A DNA stretch of 39,031 nt from an uncultured Dehalococcoidia bacterium (lineage in GTDB: Bacteria > Chloroflexota > Dehalococcoidia > UBA2247 > RBG-13-53-26): NCBI GenBank assembly GCA_964624525.1, contig CAZUZX010000001.1, positions 1-39,031 on the forward strand. The letters run 5' to 3'. This document shows, one piece after another, positions 28,103-35,941 of this stretch (position 1 is its first letter; the number at the start of each line of letters is the position of its first letter). The translations under genes were made by a program, and so were the position numbers. The notes under the pieces are model-generated. The model was given only the letters and a program-made list of their open reading frames with translations. It had not been told where the DNA came from and did no database searches.

Positions 28103-29725
28103 ATGCCAACGAAACATGACGTCATAATCATCGGTGCCGGTCCCAATGGGTTGACCACCGGGGCTTACTTAAGTAAAGCAGGGTTGAAGGTCTTAGTTTT
28201 AGAGAGGCGAACCGAAGGCGGTGGAGGTTTAGCTACTGAAGAGGTAACAATCCCTGGCTTTTTCCATAATACCCATTCTATCTACCATATGATGGTGGAC
28301 TATGCACCGCCCTACAAGGACTTCCAGATTGAAGAAGTCTACGGTTGCAAATACATCCGTCCTCCTCTGCAATTCGCCTTACCCCTTTCTGACGGACGCT
28401 GCCTCTGTCTCTATACCGATGTGGACAAGACCTGTAATTCCATAGCTCAATTTTCCCAGCGGGACGCCACATCCTATCGCAACTTTTATCATAAACTTAA
28501 CAGATATATGGAGGCATTCCTTGGTCCAGCTACTTACGTGCCACCCCTTGGTCTCCTGGAGCAGGTAGCCAAGTTGGAGAAAACTGAGATCGGCAAGGAG
28601 ATAAATGCCTATACAGAGAAAAGCCCAAGAGAGATTGTTGATGAATTCTTTGAAAACAAGCACGTCAGGGCAATGATGTTATATATTGCCTGCCACTGGG
28701 GGCTGGAGCACGATGTTGAGGGGGTAGGGTATCTCGCTCTCGTCAATCTAAATAGATCAACCAATTATCAGTTGTGTGCTGGCGGCTCCCACATGCTGGC
28801 TCAGGCACTAATGAAGGCAGTGATAGAAAACGGGGGGATGATCTGGGGTAGTCAGCAGATAAAGCGGATTGTGCTTCAAGATGGCGCCGCTACAGGGGTA
28901 GAGCTAGATGATGGCACAATAATTGAAGCTGATAAGGGAATAGTCAGCAGTATTGACCCCTATCAGACTTTCTTCAAGCTTGTAGGAGAAGGTAATCTAG
29001 AGAAGGACTTTGTGAAAAAACTCAAAACATGGAAGTGGGAGAAATGGAGTCTATTTGTTTCCCACCTGGCACTAGAGGAGCCACCTAACTTCTCCGCTGC
29101 TGCCGCCAACCCCGATGTCAATAAAGCCTTTGTATATATCATCGGGTGTGAGACTGAGGAAGAACTCATAAAACATTGGGAAGCAATAGGACGGGGAGAA
29201 CTGACAAGCGCCGGCTTCAACTGCTGCTTCCCAAGTATTCATGACCCCAGCCAAGCACCGCTCGGAAGGCACACCGGTCTTATTTCCCAGATGGTCCCTT
29301 ACCAACTGAAGGAGGGAGCAGACAAGTGGTACCGCATAAAGTTCAAAGAGGAGCATGGGGAGAGATGCTTAACCACCCTCAGGAAATATGCTCCAAACCT
29401 GACGGCAGATAAGATATTATGGAGTTCTTTCTGCACTCCTATGGATATAGAAAATAAGTTCACTGATATGGTGGAAGGCTCTATCAAGCAAGGGCAGTAC
29501 CACCCCCTCCAGATGGGCTACAACAGACCCAACGACGAATGCTCTCAGAATATAACCCCTATTAAAAGGCTCTATCTTTGTGGTTCGAGCTGCCACCCTG
29601 GTGGTTTAATAACCTTTGGAGCGGGATATGTGGCAGCTAACCGCATCGCTGAGGAGCTAGGAGTTAAAAAATGGTGGACAGAACCCGAGATTATCACCAA
29701 AGCCAAGGAGGTAGGTCTATTATGA
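28103..29725 (+). CDS. FAD-dependent oxidoreductase, phytoene-dehydrogenase (CrtI/COG1233) family, paralogue B
   Basis: 540-aa ORF with [19 protein letters not shown]...[11 protein letters not shown] and a C-terminal [14 protein letters not shown] taaggagg is upstream. It starts 13 nt after paralogue A. Confidence 0.85.
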   Translation: MPTKHDVIIIGAGPNGLTTGAYLSKAGLKVLVLERRTEGGGGLATEEVTIPGFFHNTHSIYHMMVDYAPPYKDFQIEEVYGCKYIRPPLQFALPLSDGRCLCLYTDVDKTCNSIAQFSQRDATSYRNFYHKLNRYMEAFLGPATYVPPLGLLEQVAKLEKTEIGKEINAYTEKSPREIVDEFFENKHVRAMMLYIACHWGLEHDVEGVGYLALVNLNRSTNYQLCAGGSHMLAQALMKAVIENGGMIWGSQQIKRIVLQDGAATGVELDDGTIIEADKGIVSSIDPYQTFFKLVGEGNLEKDFVKKLKTWKWEKWSLFVSHLALEEPPNFSAAAANPDVNKAFVYIIGCETEEELIKHWEAIGRGELTSAGFNCCFPSIHDPSQAPLGRHTGLISQMVPYQLKEGADKWYRIKFKEEHGERCLTTLRKYAPNLTADKILWSSFCTPMDIENKFTDMVEGSIKQGQYHPLQMGYNRPNDECSQNITPIKRLYLCGSSCHPGGLITFGAGYVAANRIAEELGVKKWWTEPEIITKAKEVGLL

Positions 29726-29967
29726 GAGTGAGATCAACCGGGTTGGGCAAAACGGAGCTGATATGTGGTATCGAAGGTATAAGCCGAAAGGAGGATTTTC
29801 TTATTATGTCGGTCCGCTCTACGGAGCCAGTAGCTTGGCATATCAGGGTGGCTCTAGAGTACAAGGACCTACTAAAGCTTATCGTAAGCTGTTTGAAAGG
29901 CTCGGTTATGTGGTTCGTTCTCTCCGGCTTCACTATCAGAAGTCCCAAGGTGCCGGAGAAGTACTAA
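29722..29967 (+). CDS. Hypothetical 81-aa protein, translationally coupled to paralogue B
   Basis: The ATG at 29722 overlaps the TGA at 29723-29725 (ATGA), and SD aaggaggt lies at 29705-29712. I recognise no family. An internal echo is present: MRVRSTG... / MSVRSTE... Confidence 0.5.
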   Translation: MRVRSTGLGKTELICGIEGISRKEDFLIMSVRSTEPVAWHIRVALEYKDLLKLIVSCLKGSVMWFVLSGFTIRSPKVPEKY

Positions 29968-30044
29968 AACTCACTAGATGATAAGGGAAGGGTTTGATTT
30001 GAAAGCAATAGAATTTTGTTGAAGTCCCATCAAGGAGGTGTGAA

Positions 30045-31472
30045 ATGGCATTTAAAGACAATCGGGAATTTATAGTCGCTTTAGAGAAGACGGGAGACAT
30101 AGTTCGGGTGAGGAGAGAGGTGGATTGGGACTTAGAGGTAGGAGCAATTATTCGCCGCCTCAATGAGACAGAGGGTCCAGCTGCTTTTTTCCAGAAGATC
30201 AAGAACTATCCCGGACATACCATCTTTGGGACACCACTGGCTACCTTCAGACGGATGGCTGTTGCCCTAGGGCTCCCTGCCGATACTCCCAGGGCTGTGA
30301 TCCAGCAACACTACGAGAGTCTCATAGAACAGCCGATAAAACCTATTATTGTCAAAGATGCCCCTTGCAAAGAGAACATCATCAAAGGCAAGAACATAGA
30401 CCTTTATGAGTTCCCTGCTCCTATGGTCCATGAGGGAGACGGGGGGCGCTATATTGGCACTTGGCATGTGGTGGTGGGCAAGGACCCTGATAGCGAGTGG
30501 GTCAATTGGGGGATGTATCGCCTACAGATTCTGGGGCGAAGAGCTATGGGGGGTGTAATCGGTCCTTGGGCAAATCAGTTCCAGCTCTTTTATGGGAAAT
30601 ATGTACCCCGAGGTCAGAATATGCCCTTTGCCATAGCCATCGGGGCGGATCCCGTTAGCTCTTTTCTTGCCGCTTCTTATCTACCCCCGGGAGTAAGTGA
30701 GGCGGATTACGCCGGGGGCTTACGTCAGGAGCCAGTGGAGTTGATTAAATGCGAAACTAACGACCTGTATGTGCCCGCCTATGCTGAGATAATACTCGAA
30801 GGGGAAATCCTGAAGGATGTCACGGTAAACGAGGGACCCTTTGGAGAATATGTCGGCTACCGGGCTGGTCCCCGCACTGCTCGACCGGTTTATCAAGTAA
30901 ATTGCATCACCCACCGCAACAATCCTATTCTTACTGTATCGAATATGGGACTTCCTATTGATGACTGTGCTCTGGGGATGTCTATAAGCTTAGCCTATCA
31001 AATAAAAAAGCGCTTACGTGATTTTAGGATACCCTTCATTGATGTTAATGTGGTGCCAGAGGGAATTACGTTTCTGGCGGTAGTAAGCACCATACCCTTC
31101 TATAGTGGTATAGCCAATCAGATCGCCCATATAGCTAGCCAAACTATAGAACCACATATGGTGATAGTAGTGAATAACGATGTAGACGTCTTCGATATCC
31201 GTCAAGTATTACATGCCCTGGCTACCAAGTGTCATCCGGTGAGAGGAATAAGGGCGTTCGAAAGCGAGATGGGGTTACCTTTCTGCCCTTACTTAAAACC
31301 AGAAGAGAGGCGTATCATGAAAGGGGCTCGTGTAGTATTTGATTGCACCTGGCCCCTTGATTGGCCAAAGGAAACAGCTATCCCACCTCGCTCTTCCTTC
31401 AATGAGATGTATCCTCAAGAAATTAAGGATAAGGTTCTCGCTAATTGGAAGAAATATGGATTTAAATCCTAA
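30045..31472 (+). CDS. UbiD-family prenylated-FMN-dependent (de)carboxylase
   Basis: 475-aa ORF. FKDNREFIVALEKTGDIVRV, VNWGMYRLQ and NEGPFGEYVGYR are UbiD family signatures. SD aaggaggt is upstream. Confidence 0.9.
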   Translation: MAFKDNREFIVALEKTGDIVRVRREVDWDLEVGAIIRRLNETEGPAAFFQKIKNYPGHTIFGTPLATFRRMAVALGLPADTPRAVIQQHYESLIEQPIKPIIVKDAPCKENIIKGKNIDLYEFPAPMVHEGDGGRYIGTWHVVVGKDPDSEWVNWGMYRLQILGRRAMGGVIGPWANQFQLFYGKYVPRGQNMPFAIAIGADPVSSFLAASYLPPGVSEADYAGGLRQEPVELIKCETNDLYVPAYAEIILEGEILKDVTVNEGPFGEYVGYRAGPRTARPVYQVNCITHRNNPILTVSNMGLPIDDCALGMSISLAYQIKKRLRDFRIPFIDVNVVPEGITFLAVVSTIPFYSGIANQIAHIASQTIEPHMVIVVNNDVDVFDIRQVLHALATKCHPVRGIRAFESEMGLPFCPYLKPEERRIMKGARVVFDCTWPLDWPKETAIPPRSSFNEMYPQEIKDKVLANWKKYGFKS

Positions 31473-31499
31473 GCTAGGTCTTAAATCAGGAGGAATAGC

Positions 31500-31781
31500 A
31501 TGGCAAAGAAAAAAGAATACGATACTTTTGTAGCTAGCCTAGAGGAACTCACCCAAGGGCAGGAAACAGACATCAGCATCAGAGATTTAACTCCCGGTAG
31601 GCGGAAGTATGAATGGAAATATGTGAAAGCGATAGTATCTAGTTCGCCAGACAAATTGAAGGGTGGAGATGTTCTCTGGCTCAGGTTTAATGACACTGGG
31701 TTTCGACACCCTCAACCTTGGGCAATAAAGGTTAAGGAGATACTGGGCGAGTATGTTTCCCAAGAAAGAGTAGCTTATTAA
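31500..31781 (+). CDS. Hypothetical 93-aa protein downstream of UbiD
   Basis: SD caggagga precedes the ATG, which is 27 nt after the UbiD stop on the same strand. I recognise no family. Confidence 0.55.
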   Translation: MAKKKEYDTFVASLEELTQGQETDISIRDLTPGRRKYEWKYVKAIVSSSPDKLKGGDVLWLRFNDTGFRHPQPWAIKVKEILGEYVSQERVAY

Positions 31782-31994
31782 ACTGAGACAGGGATGACGT
31801 GTCGGCGAGAGCGAAACAGAAGGTGCGGAAGATGGAGTAAAAATGCCCTTTTGTCTCTATTTGGCACAAGAAAATGTGAGACCGAGAGCTTGTGAGGGGG
31901 CTTTTTAAAGGTTAGGCGAGGGTGGTTTTAAATTAATTGATTTGTCTGGAACAACTTTGATTTTGAGAAATTTTTAGGTTACTCTTCCCATGGA

Positions 31995-32252
31995 ATGCAG
32001 GTTCATCCCCAAGTTGCTGGCTTTATCCTTTTCTGCGTCCAGCGTCGCGGCGAGAAATGGCCTGAGCTTTATGACGAAATGTGTCGAGTAGCTGGGCGAG
32101 GTCTTTTTCAAGGTCTACATTATAAGGAATTAAGAAAGCTTGGACTTTCACTCAGCCTGAATCATATTGAAGAGACCATCAGCATGGTGGAGGCAGTAAC
32201 GAACCACCAGTTTGATAACCGATCTTTAGACCAGATCGTTAACAAACCTTAA
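31995..32252 (+). CDS. Hypothetical 85-aa protein (orphan small ORF)
   Basis: This is the only sizeable ORF in the 590-nt gap. Its composition is protein-like (PELYDEMCRVAGRGLFQGLHYKELRKLGLSL). There is no clear SD and I cannot name a family. Confidence 0.4.
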   Translation: MQVHPQVAGFILFCVQRRGEKWPELYDEMCRVAGRGLFQGLHYKELRKLGLSLSLNHIEETISMVEAVTNHQFDNRSLDQIVNKP

Positions 32253-32315
32253 GTTAAATTCCTTTCATTTTTTGGGTTTTGGGTTTCTCTGTTAAGCATA
32301 CCCTCTTGCCTCAAA

Positions 32316-32344
32316 TTGCGGTAAGAAGTAGTTCGTGCTAAAAT
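32316..32344 (+). promoter_or_regulatory. Candidate promoter of hisZ-hisG (TTGCGG-N17-TAAAAT, extended -10 TGC)
   Basis: ttgcgg at 32316-32321 and taaaat at 32339-32344, preceded by tgc. It lies 28 nt upstream of the hisZ ATG. Pattern match only. Confidence 0.3.
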
Positions 32345-32372
32345 ATGCGCCGATTTTTAGAATCTCAAAACT

Positions 32373-33647
32373 ATGAAAGTGCAAAGATGCAAAGGTAGTC
32401 GAGATCTGCTTCCTGAGGATATAGCAAGGTTTCGATATGTCGAGCAAGTTTTTAGGTCTTGTTGCCAGAGGTGGGGTTATAAGGAGATAAGAACACCCAC
32501 CTTAGAGTATCTCCATTTGTTTACTTCCGCGGGAACTCTTACCCCTAGTATGCTTAATAAGGTGTATTCTTTCCTTGATTGGGATGGCTGGAGCGGAGAG
32601 AGAGTAGTATTGAGACCCGAGGGCACTATCCCAGCAGCTCGACTTTACATTGAAAATTTCAAACCGTCCGGTCTAGCTAAACTATTCTATGTAGAAAATA
32701 TCTTTAGTTTCGAAGAGACCGGAAAGGAATCGAGGGAACGTTGGCAGTGTGGAGCTGAGTTAATAGGAAGTAATAAACCGTCTGCAGATGTGGAGTTGGT
32801 CTTGCTTGCTTTGGAAACTTTGGAAAGAATGGGTATCAAGGAAGTAAAGTTATGCCTCTCCCACGCTGGGCTGATAAAAGCTCTGCTCCGAGAATCAGGA
32901 TTGACACCATCAAAAGAAATCCAAATATTTGACCGAATTCTGGATGGAGACACAGAAATAGCAAGGGAAATTATAAAGGATAATCCCCAGCTTCGGGACT
33001 CTTTACCTTTACTTTTTGAACTCAGGGGGAAATCGCCTGGTTTCCTTGAGAATCTAAAGGTTTCCCTGACAAAAGCCTCACCTAATCTTAAGCTAAGCAT
33101 GGAAAACTTTATAACTATTGCTCAACTGCTGACTGATATGGGCTGTAAATATCAGATTGATATTGCTTCAGGCAAGGGCTTCGAGTATTATACGGGGATT
33201 ATTTTCCAAGTTTATCTTGGAAGCCAGAAAGTAGGAGGAGGGGGAAGATATGACGATCTAATTCCTCTCCTAGGAGGGAGTGATACTCCTGCCTCTGGTT
33301 TCGCTCTTTACATTGACCAGCTTATGAGCCTCCTCCCTTCCGGGGATTCGGGAGAGGATGCTTCAAAAATGATTCTAGTTCGAAACGAGATCGATGGAGT
33401 CAAGGGATGGAAGCTATCCTTTGAAATTGTTAGCCTACTACGGGAAGCTGGATATATAGTGGAGCTTGACCAAGGCTATAAAGAGCTAACCGAGCATCAA
33501 TGGATTCTCAAAATCCAAGAAGAAGGAGAAAGGCTCTTCTTCCTTTTGACTCATCAAGCTAGTGGTAAAAGCCTAGAGGCAGATTCACCAACCGGGATTT
33601 TGAGCATATTGCAGGGAACAAATGCAAATAAAGCTGGCTCTTCCTAA
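32373..33647 (+). CDS. hisZ: ATP phosphoribosyltransferase regulatory subunit HisZ (full-length HisRS paralogue)
   Basis: 424-aa ORF. KGSRDLLPED, LRPEGT, KGFEYYTG and GGGGRYDDL are HisRS-like. The motif 2 and motif 3 arginines appear replaced (NIFSFEE, ALYIDQL). It overlaps hisG by 26 nt. Confidence 0.8.
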   Translation: MKVQRCKGSRDLLPEDIARFRYVEQVFRSCCQRWGYKEIRTPTLEYLHLFTSAGTLTPSMLNKVYSFLDWDGWSGERVVLRPEGTIPAARLYIENFKPSGLAKLFYVENIFSFEETGKESRERWQCGAELIGSNKPSADVELVLLALETLERMGIKEVKLCLSHAGLIKALLRESGLTPSKEIQIFDRILDGDTEIAREIIKDNPQLRDSLPLLFELRGKSPGFLENLKVSLTKASPNLKLSMENFITIAQLLTDMGCKYQIDIASGKGFEYYTGIIFQVYLGSQKVGGGGRYDDLIPLLGGSDTPASGFALYIDQLMSLLPSGDSGEDASKMILVRNEIDGVKGWKLSFEIVSLLREAGYIVELDQGYKELTEHQWILKIQEEGERLFFLLTHQASGKSLEADSPTGILSILQGTNANKAGSS

Positions 33648-35052
33648 GGGACGTTTGCTTCCTTACACAAATATTTTATTGCAAAAGGCAAGGCTGGAAC
33701 TCAGCGACTACGAGGAGCAATCTCGCTCCTATCGACCTCGATGCAATGGTCTTCCTAACCTCTTTCTAAAGATGTTTCATGAAAAGGATATACCTATACA
33801 AGTAGCAGTAGGAAACTACGACTTAGGGATCTGTGGGCTGGATTGGGTTGAAGAGCTTTTAGTTAAATATCCTAGCAGTGCCTTGGTCAAGGTGCATGAC
33901 CTGGGGTATGGCAAAAGCAATCTATATATAGCTATTGGTAGATCGGCTGGTATATCATCGTTAGAAGAGCTAAAGGCTAAGGCGGAGATAATACGTATAG
34001 CTAGCGAATACCCCAATCTAGCTGAATCCTTCGCCTTAAACATGAGGTTGAGGCGATTTAAGATTTTCCCACTTTGGGGGGCGGCTGAGGTTTACCCCCC
34101 AGAAAGTGCTGATCTCGCCTTGGTCTCTCATGCTTCTCCCGATAGTCTTTTCAAGCATGGGCTAGTTCCTCTGACTTCGATTCTTCAGTCGAGTGCTTTT
34201 CTAGTTGCCCACCGGCATAGCTGGGAATATAAGGATATGAGCTTCTTGCTCCATTGCTTTCATGCTGTAGAGGGTATAGAGAAGGAGACAGTAAATAAAG
34301 AGTTGGAGACTAGAGGCAGTATGGAGAAGCAGGGATTCAGCCCCCAGTTTCCGGCTGCTGGTTTGTGGCTTGCTCTTCCTAATGGACACCAACAGCAACC
34401 TACCCTTGAATTCTTAAACCAGGTTGGTCTCAAAGTCTGGGATTACCCTTCGGAGTCTCGCCGCCCCAATATCAGCCTTGATGGTGTTAGTGTGAAAGTG
34501 ATTCGACCTCAAGATATGCCTCTTCAGATTGCCAATAAGAATTTTGATCTAGCCATCACCGGTCAAGACTGGCTTTATGATCACCTTTGCCGTTTCCCCT
34601 CCAGCCCAGTGAAGGAACTTCTCAAATTGGGATTCGGTAAGGTGCGGATTGTAGCTGTAGTGAGCCAGGAATTGCCAGTAAGTAGTATTCAGAACTTAAG
34701 GGAACTATTGAGGGAAGGCAAACTCTCTACTCTCAGGATAGCCTCAGAATACATTAATATTGCCGACAGGTATGCTCGAGATAACCACCTTAGCCCTTAT
34801 AGATTGATCCCCACATGGGGGGCAAGTGAGGTCTTCCTACCAGAAGATGCTGACTTGCTTATCGAGAATGTTCAGACAGGGCAAACTGTGGCCCAGCATA
34901 ATCTCAAGATTATCGACACCATTTTCGAATCATCAGCTTGTCTTATTGGCAATGTACATACCTCTCCGCTTAAGCAACAGAAGATAGATTATGTTGTCCA
35001 AGTTCTCCGCCAGGCAGTAGTGACTAATGATAAAACTTTAAAGAGGGGGTAG
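33622..35052 (+). CDS. hisG: ATP phosphoribosyltransferase, tandem-duplicated short-form HisG fusion
   Basis: 476-aa ORF made of two HisG-like halves: aa 1 to about 215 (IKLALPKGRL...) and about 245 to 476 (LWLALPNGHQ...). The halves align with each other along their length. Only the second half carries the DLLIENVQTGQTV PRPP-loop motif. Confidence 0.85.
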   Translation: MQIKLALPKGRLLPYTNILLQKARLELSDYEEQSRSYRPRCNGLPNLFLKMFHEKDIPIQVAVGNYDLGICGLDWVEELLVKYPSSALVKVHDLGYGKSNLYIAIGRSAGISSLEELKAKAEIIRIASEYPNLAESFALNMRLRRFKIFPLWGAAEVYPPESADLALVSHASPDSLFKHGLVPLTSILQSSAFLVAHRHSWEYKDMSFLLHCFHAVEGIEKETVNKELETRGSMEKQGFSPQFPAAGLWLALPNGHQQQPTLEFLNQVGLKVWDYPSESRRPNISLDGVSVKVIRPQDMPLQIANKNFDLAITGQDWLYDHLCRFPSSPVKELLKLGFGKVRIVAVVSQELPVSSIQNLRELLREGKLSTLRIASEYINIADRYARDNHLSPYRLIPTWGASEVFLPEDADLLIENVQTGQTVAQHNLKIIDTIFESSACLIGNVHTSPLKQQKIDYVVQVLRQAVVTNDKTLKRG

Positions 35053-35060
35053 ATGTTATT

Positions 35061-35891
35061 ATGGAGTTTCAGGCTATCATCTTTAAAAAAGAAGACCGAA
35101 TCGCTACTATCACCCTAAATCGCCCTGAAGTCTTAAATGCCATAAACGAGCAAATGGGTGATGAACTATCCCGAGCAATCAAGGATGTATCACAAGATGA
35201 TGATATCAGGGTACTAATCATTAAAGGGGCTGGTCGCGCCTTCTGTGCTGGGGCAGATTTCAGGTTTGGGATGGTAAGAGCTGAGGAGGTTACCCCTGAA
35301 AAGGCAGAGGCATTACCGGGATTTCACGAGGACTTGAGGAAAGGGAAACTTCTTCACAAAGGGCAACTAGATATAATCCTTGCCCTTCAGCGCCTGGATA
35401 AACCAACGATTGCTATGGTGAATGGACCAGCTGCTGGTTTTGGGTTTGACCTGACTTTAGCCTGTGACATGCGGATAGGCTCCCCTGAGGCAAGGTTTAT
35501 GGTAGGCTTTACCAGGATAGGAATTCCTTCCGATACTGGAGGAACCTGGCTAATGCCACGGATTATGGGCTTGGGCAAAGCCCTGGAATATATCTTTACC
35601 GGTGATTTTTGTAATGCTGATGAAGCTTATAGAATAGGGCTGCTGAACAGACTCGTGCCTGCTGAGCAACTCGAAGAAGAAGCAATGGCATTGGCTCGCA
35701 AGATAGCAATGGGTTCCCCTATAGCTTATAGATTATCAAAACTGCAGGTATATCGAGGGTTGGAAACAGACCTAGAAACGGCACTAGCATTAGCTACTGC
35801 TTGTGTCTCAATAGCTATCTCTTCGGAGGATCATAAGGAGGGGATTAGAGCCTTCGCTGAAAAGAGACCACCCCAGTTCAAAGGTAGATGA
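35061..35891 (+). CDS. Enoyl-CoA hydratase/isomerase (crotonase) family protein
   Basis: 276-aa ORF. ITLNRPEVLNA, FCAGADF, AMVNGPAAGFGFDLTLACDMRIG and C-terminal AFAEKRPPQFKGR show it is a paralogue of 16598-17380. Confidence 0.9.
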   Translation: MEFQAIIFKKEDRIATITLNRPEVLNAINEQMGDELSRAIKDVSQDDDIRVLIIKGAGRAFCAGADFRFGMVRAEEVTPEKAEALPGFHEDLRKGKLLHKGQLDIILALQRLDKPTIAMVNGPAAGFGFDLTLACDMRIGSPEARFMVGFTRIGIPSDTGGTWLMPRIMGLGKALEYIFTGDFCNADEAYRIGLLNRLVPAEQLEEEAMALARKIAMGSPIAYRLSKLQVYRGLETDLETALALATACVSIAISSEDHKEGIRAFAEKRPPQFKGR

Positions 35892-35941
35892 AAAGGTTAA
35901 GAGAAAGCACGCCGAGCAAGACTCGGGATAAAGGTTAAAGG

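Noticed and set aside
29694-29981. Alternative ORFs 29763-29981 (+) and 29694-29948 (-) overlapping the 81-aa ORF
   Set aside because: Neither has an SD or start-stop coupling. The 29722 frame has both, so only that frame is reported, and at moderate confidence.
31785-31857. Long-range hairpin after the 93-aa ORF, considered as a terminator or riboswitch
   Set aside because: The stem is interrupted, the enclosed loop is about 52 nt and there is no U tract. It does not match any riboswitch consensus I can recall. It is mentioned only within the spacer finding.
32253-32372. Possible histidine leader peptide or T-box upstream of hisZ
   Set aside because: I found no run of His codons, no specifier or T-box consensus (AATTAGGGTGGTACCGCG-like), and the region is too short.
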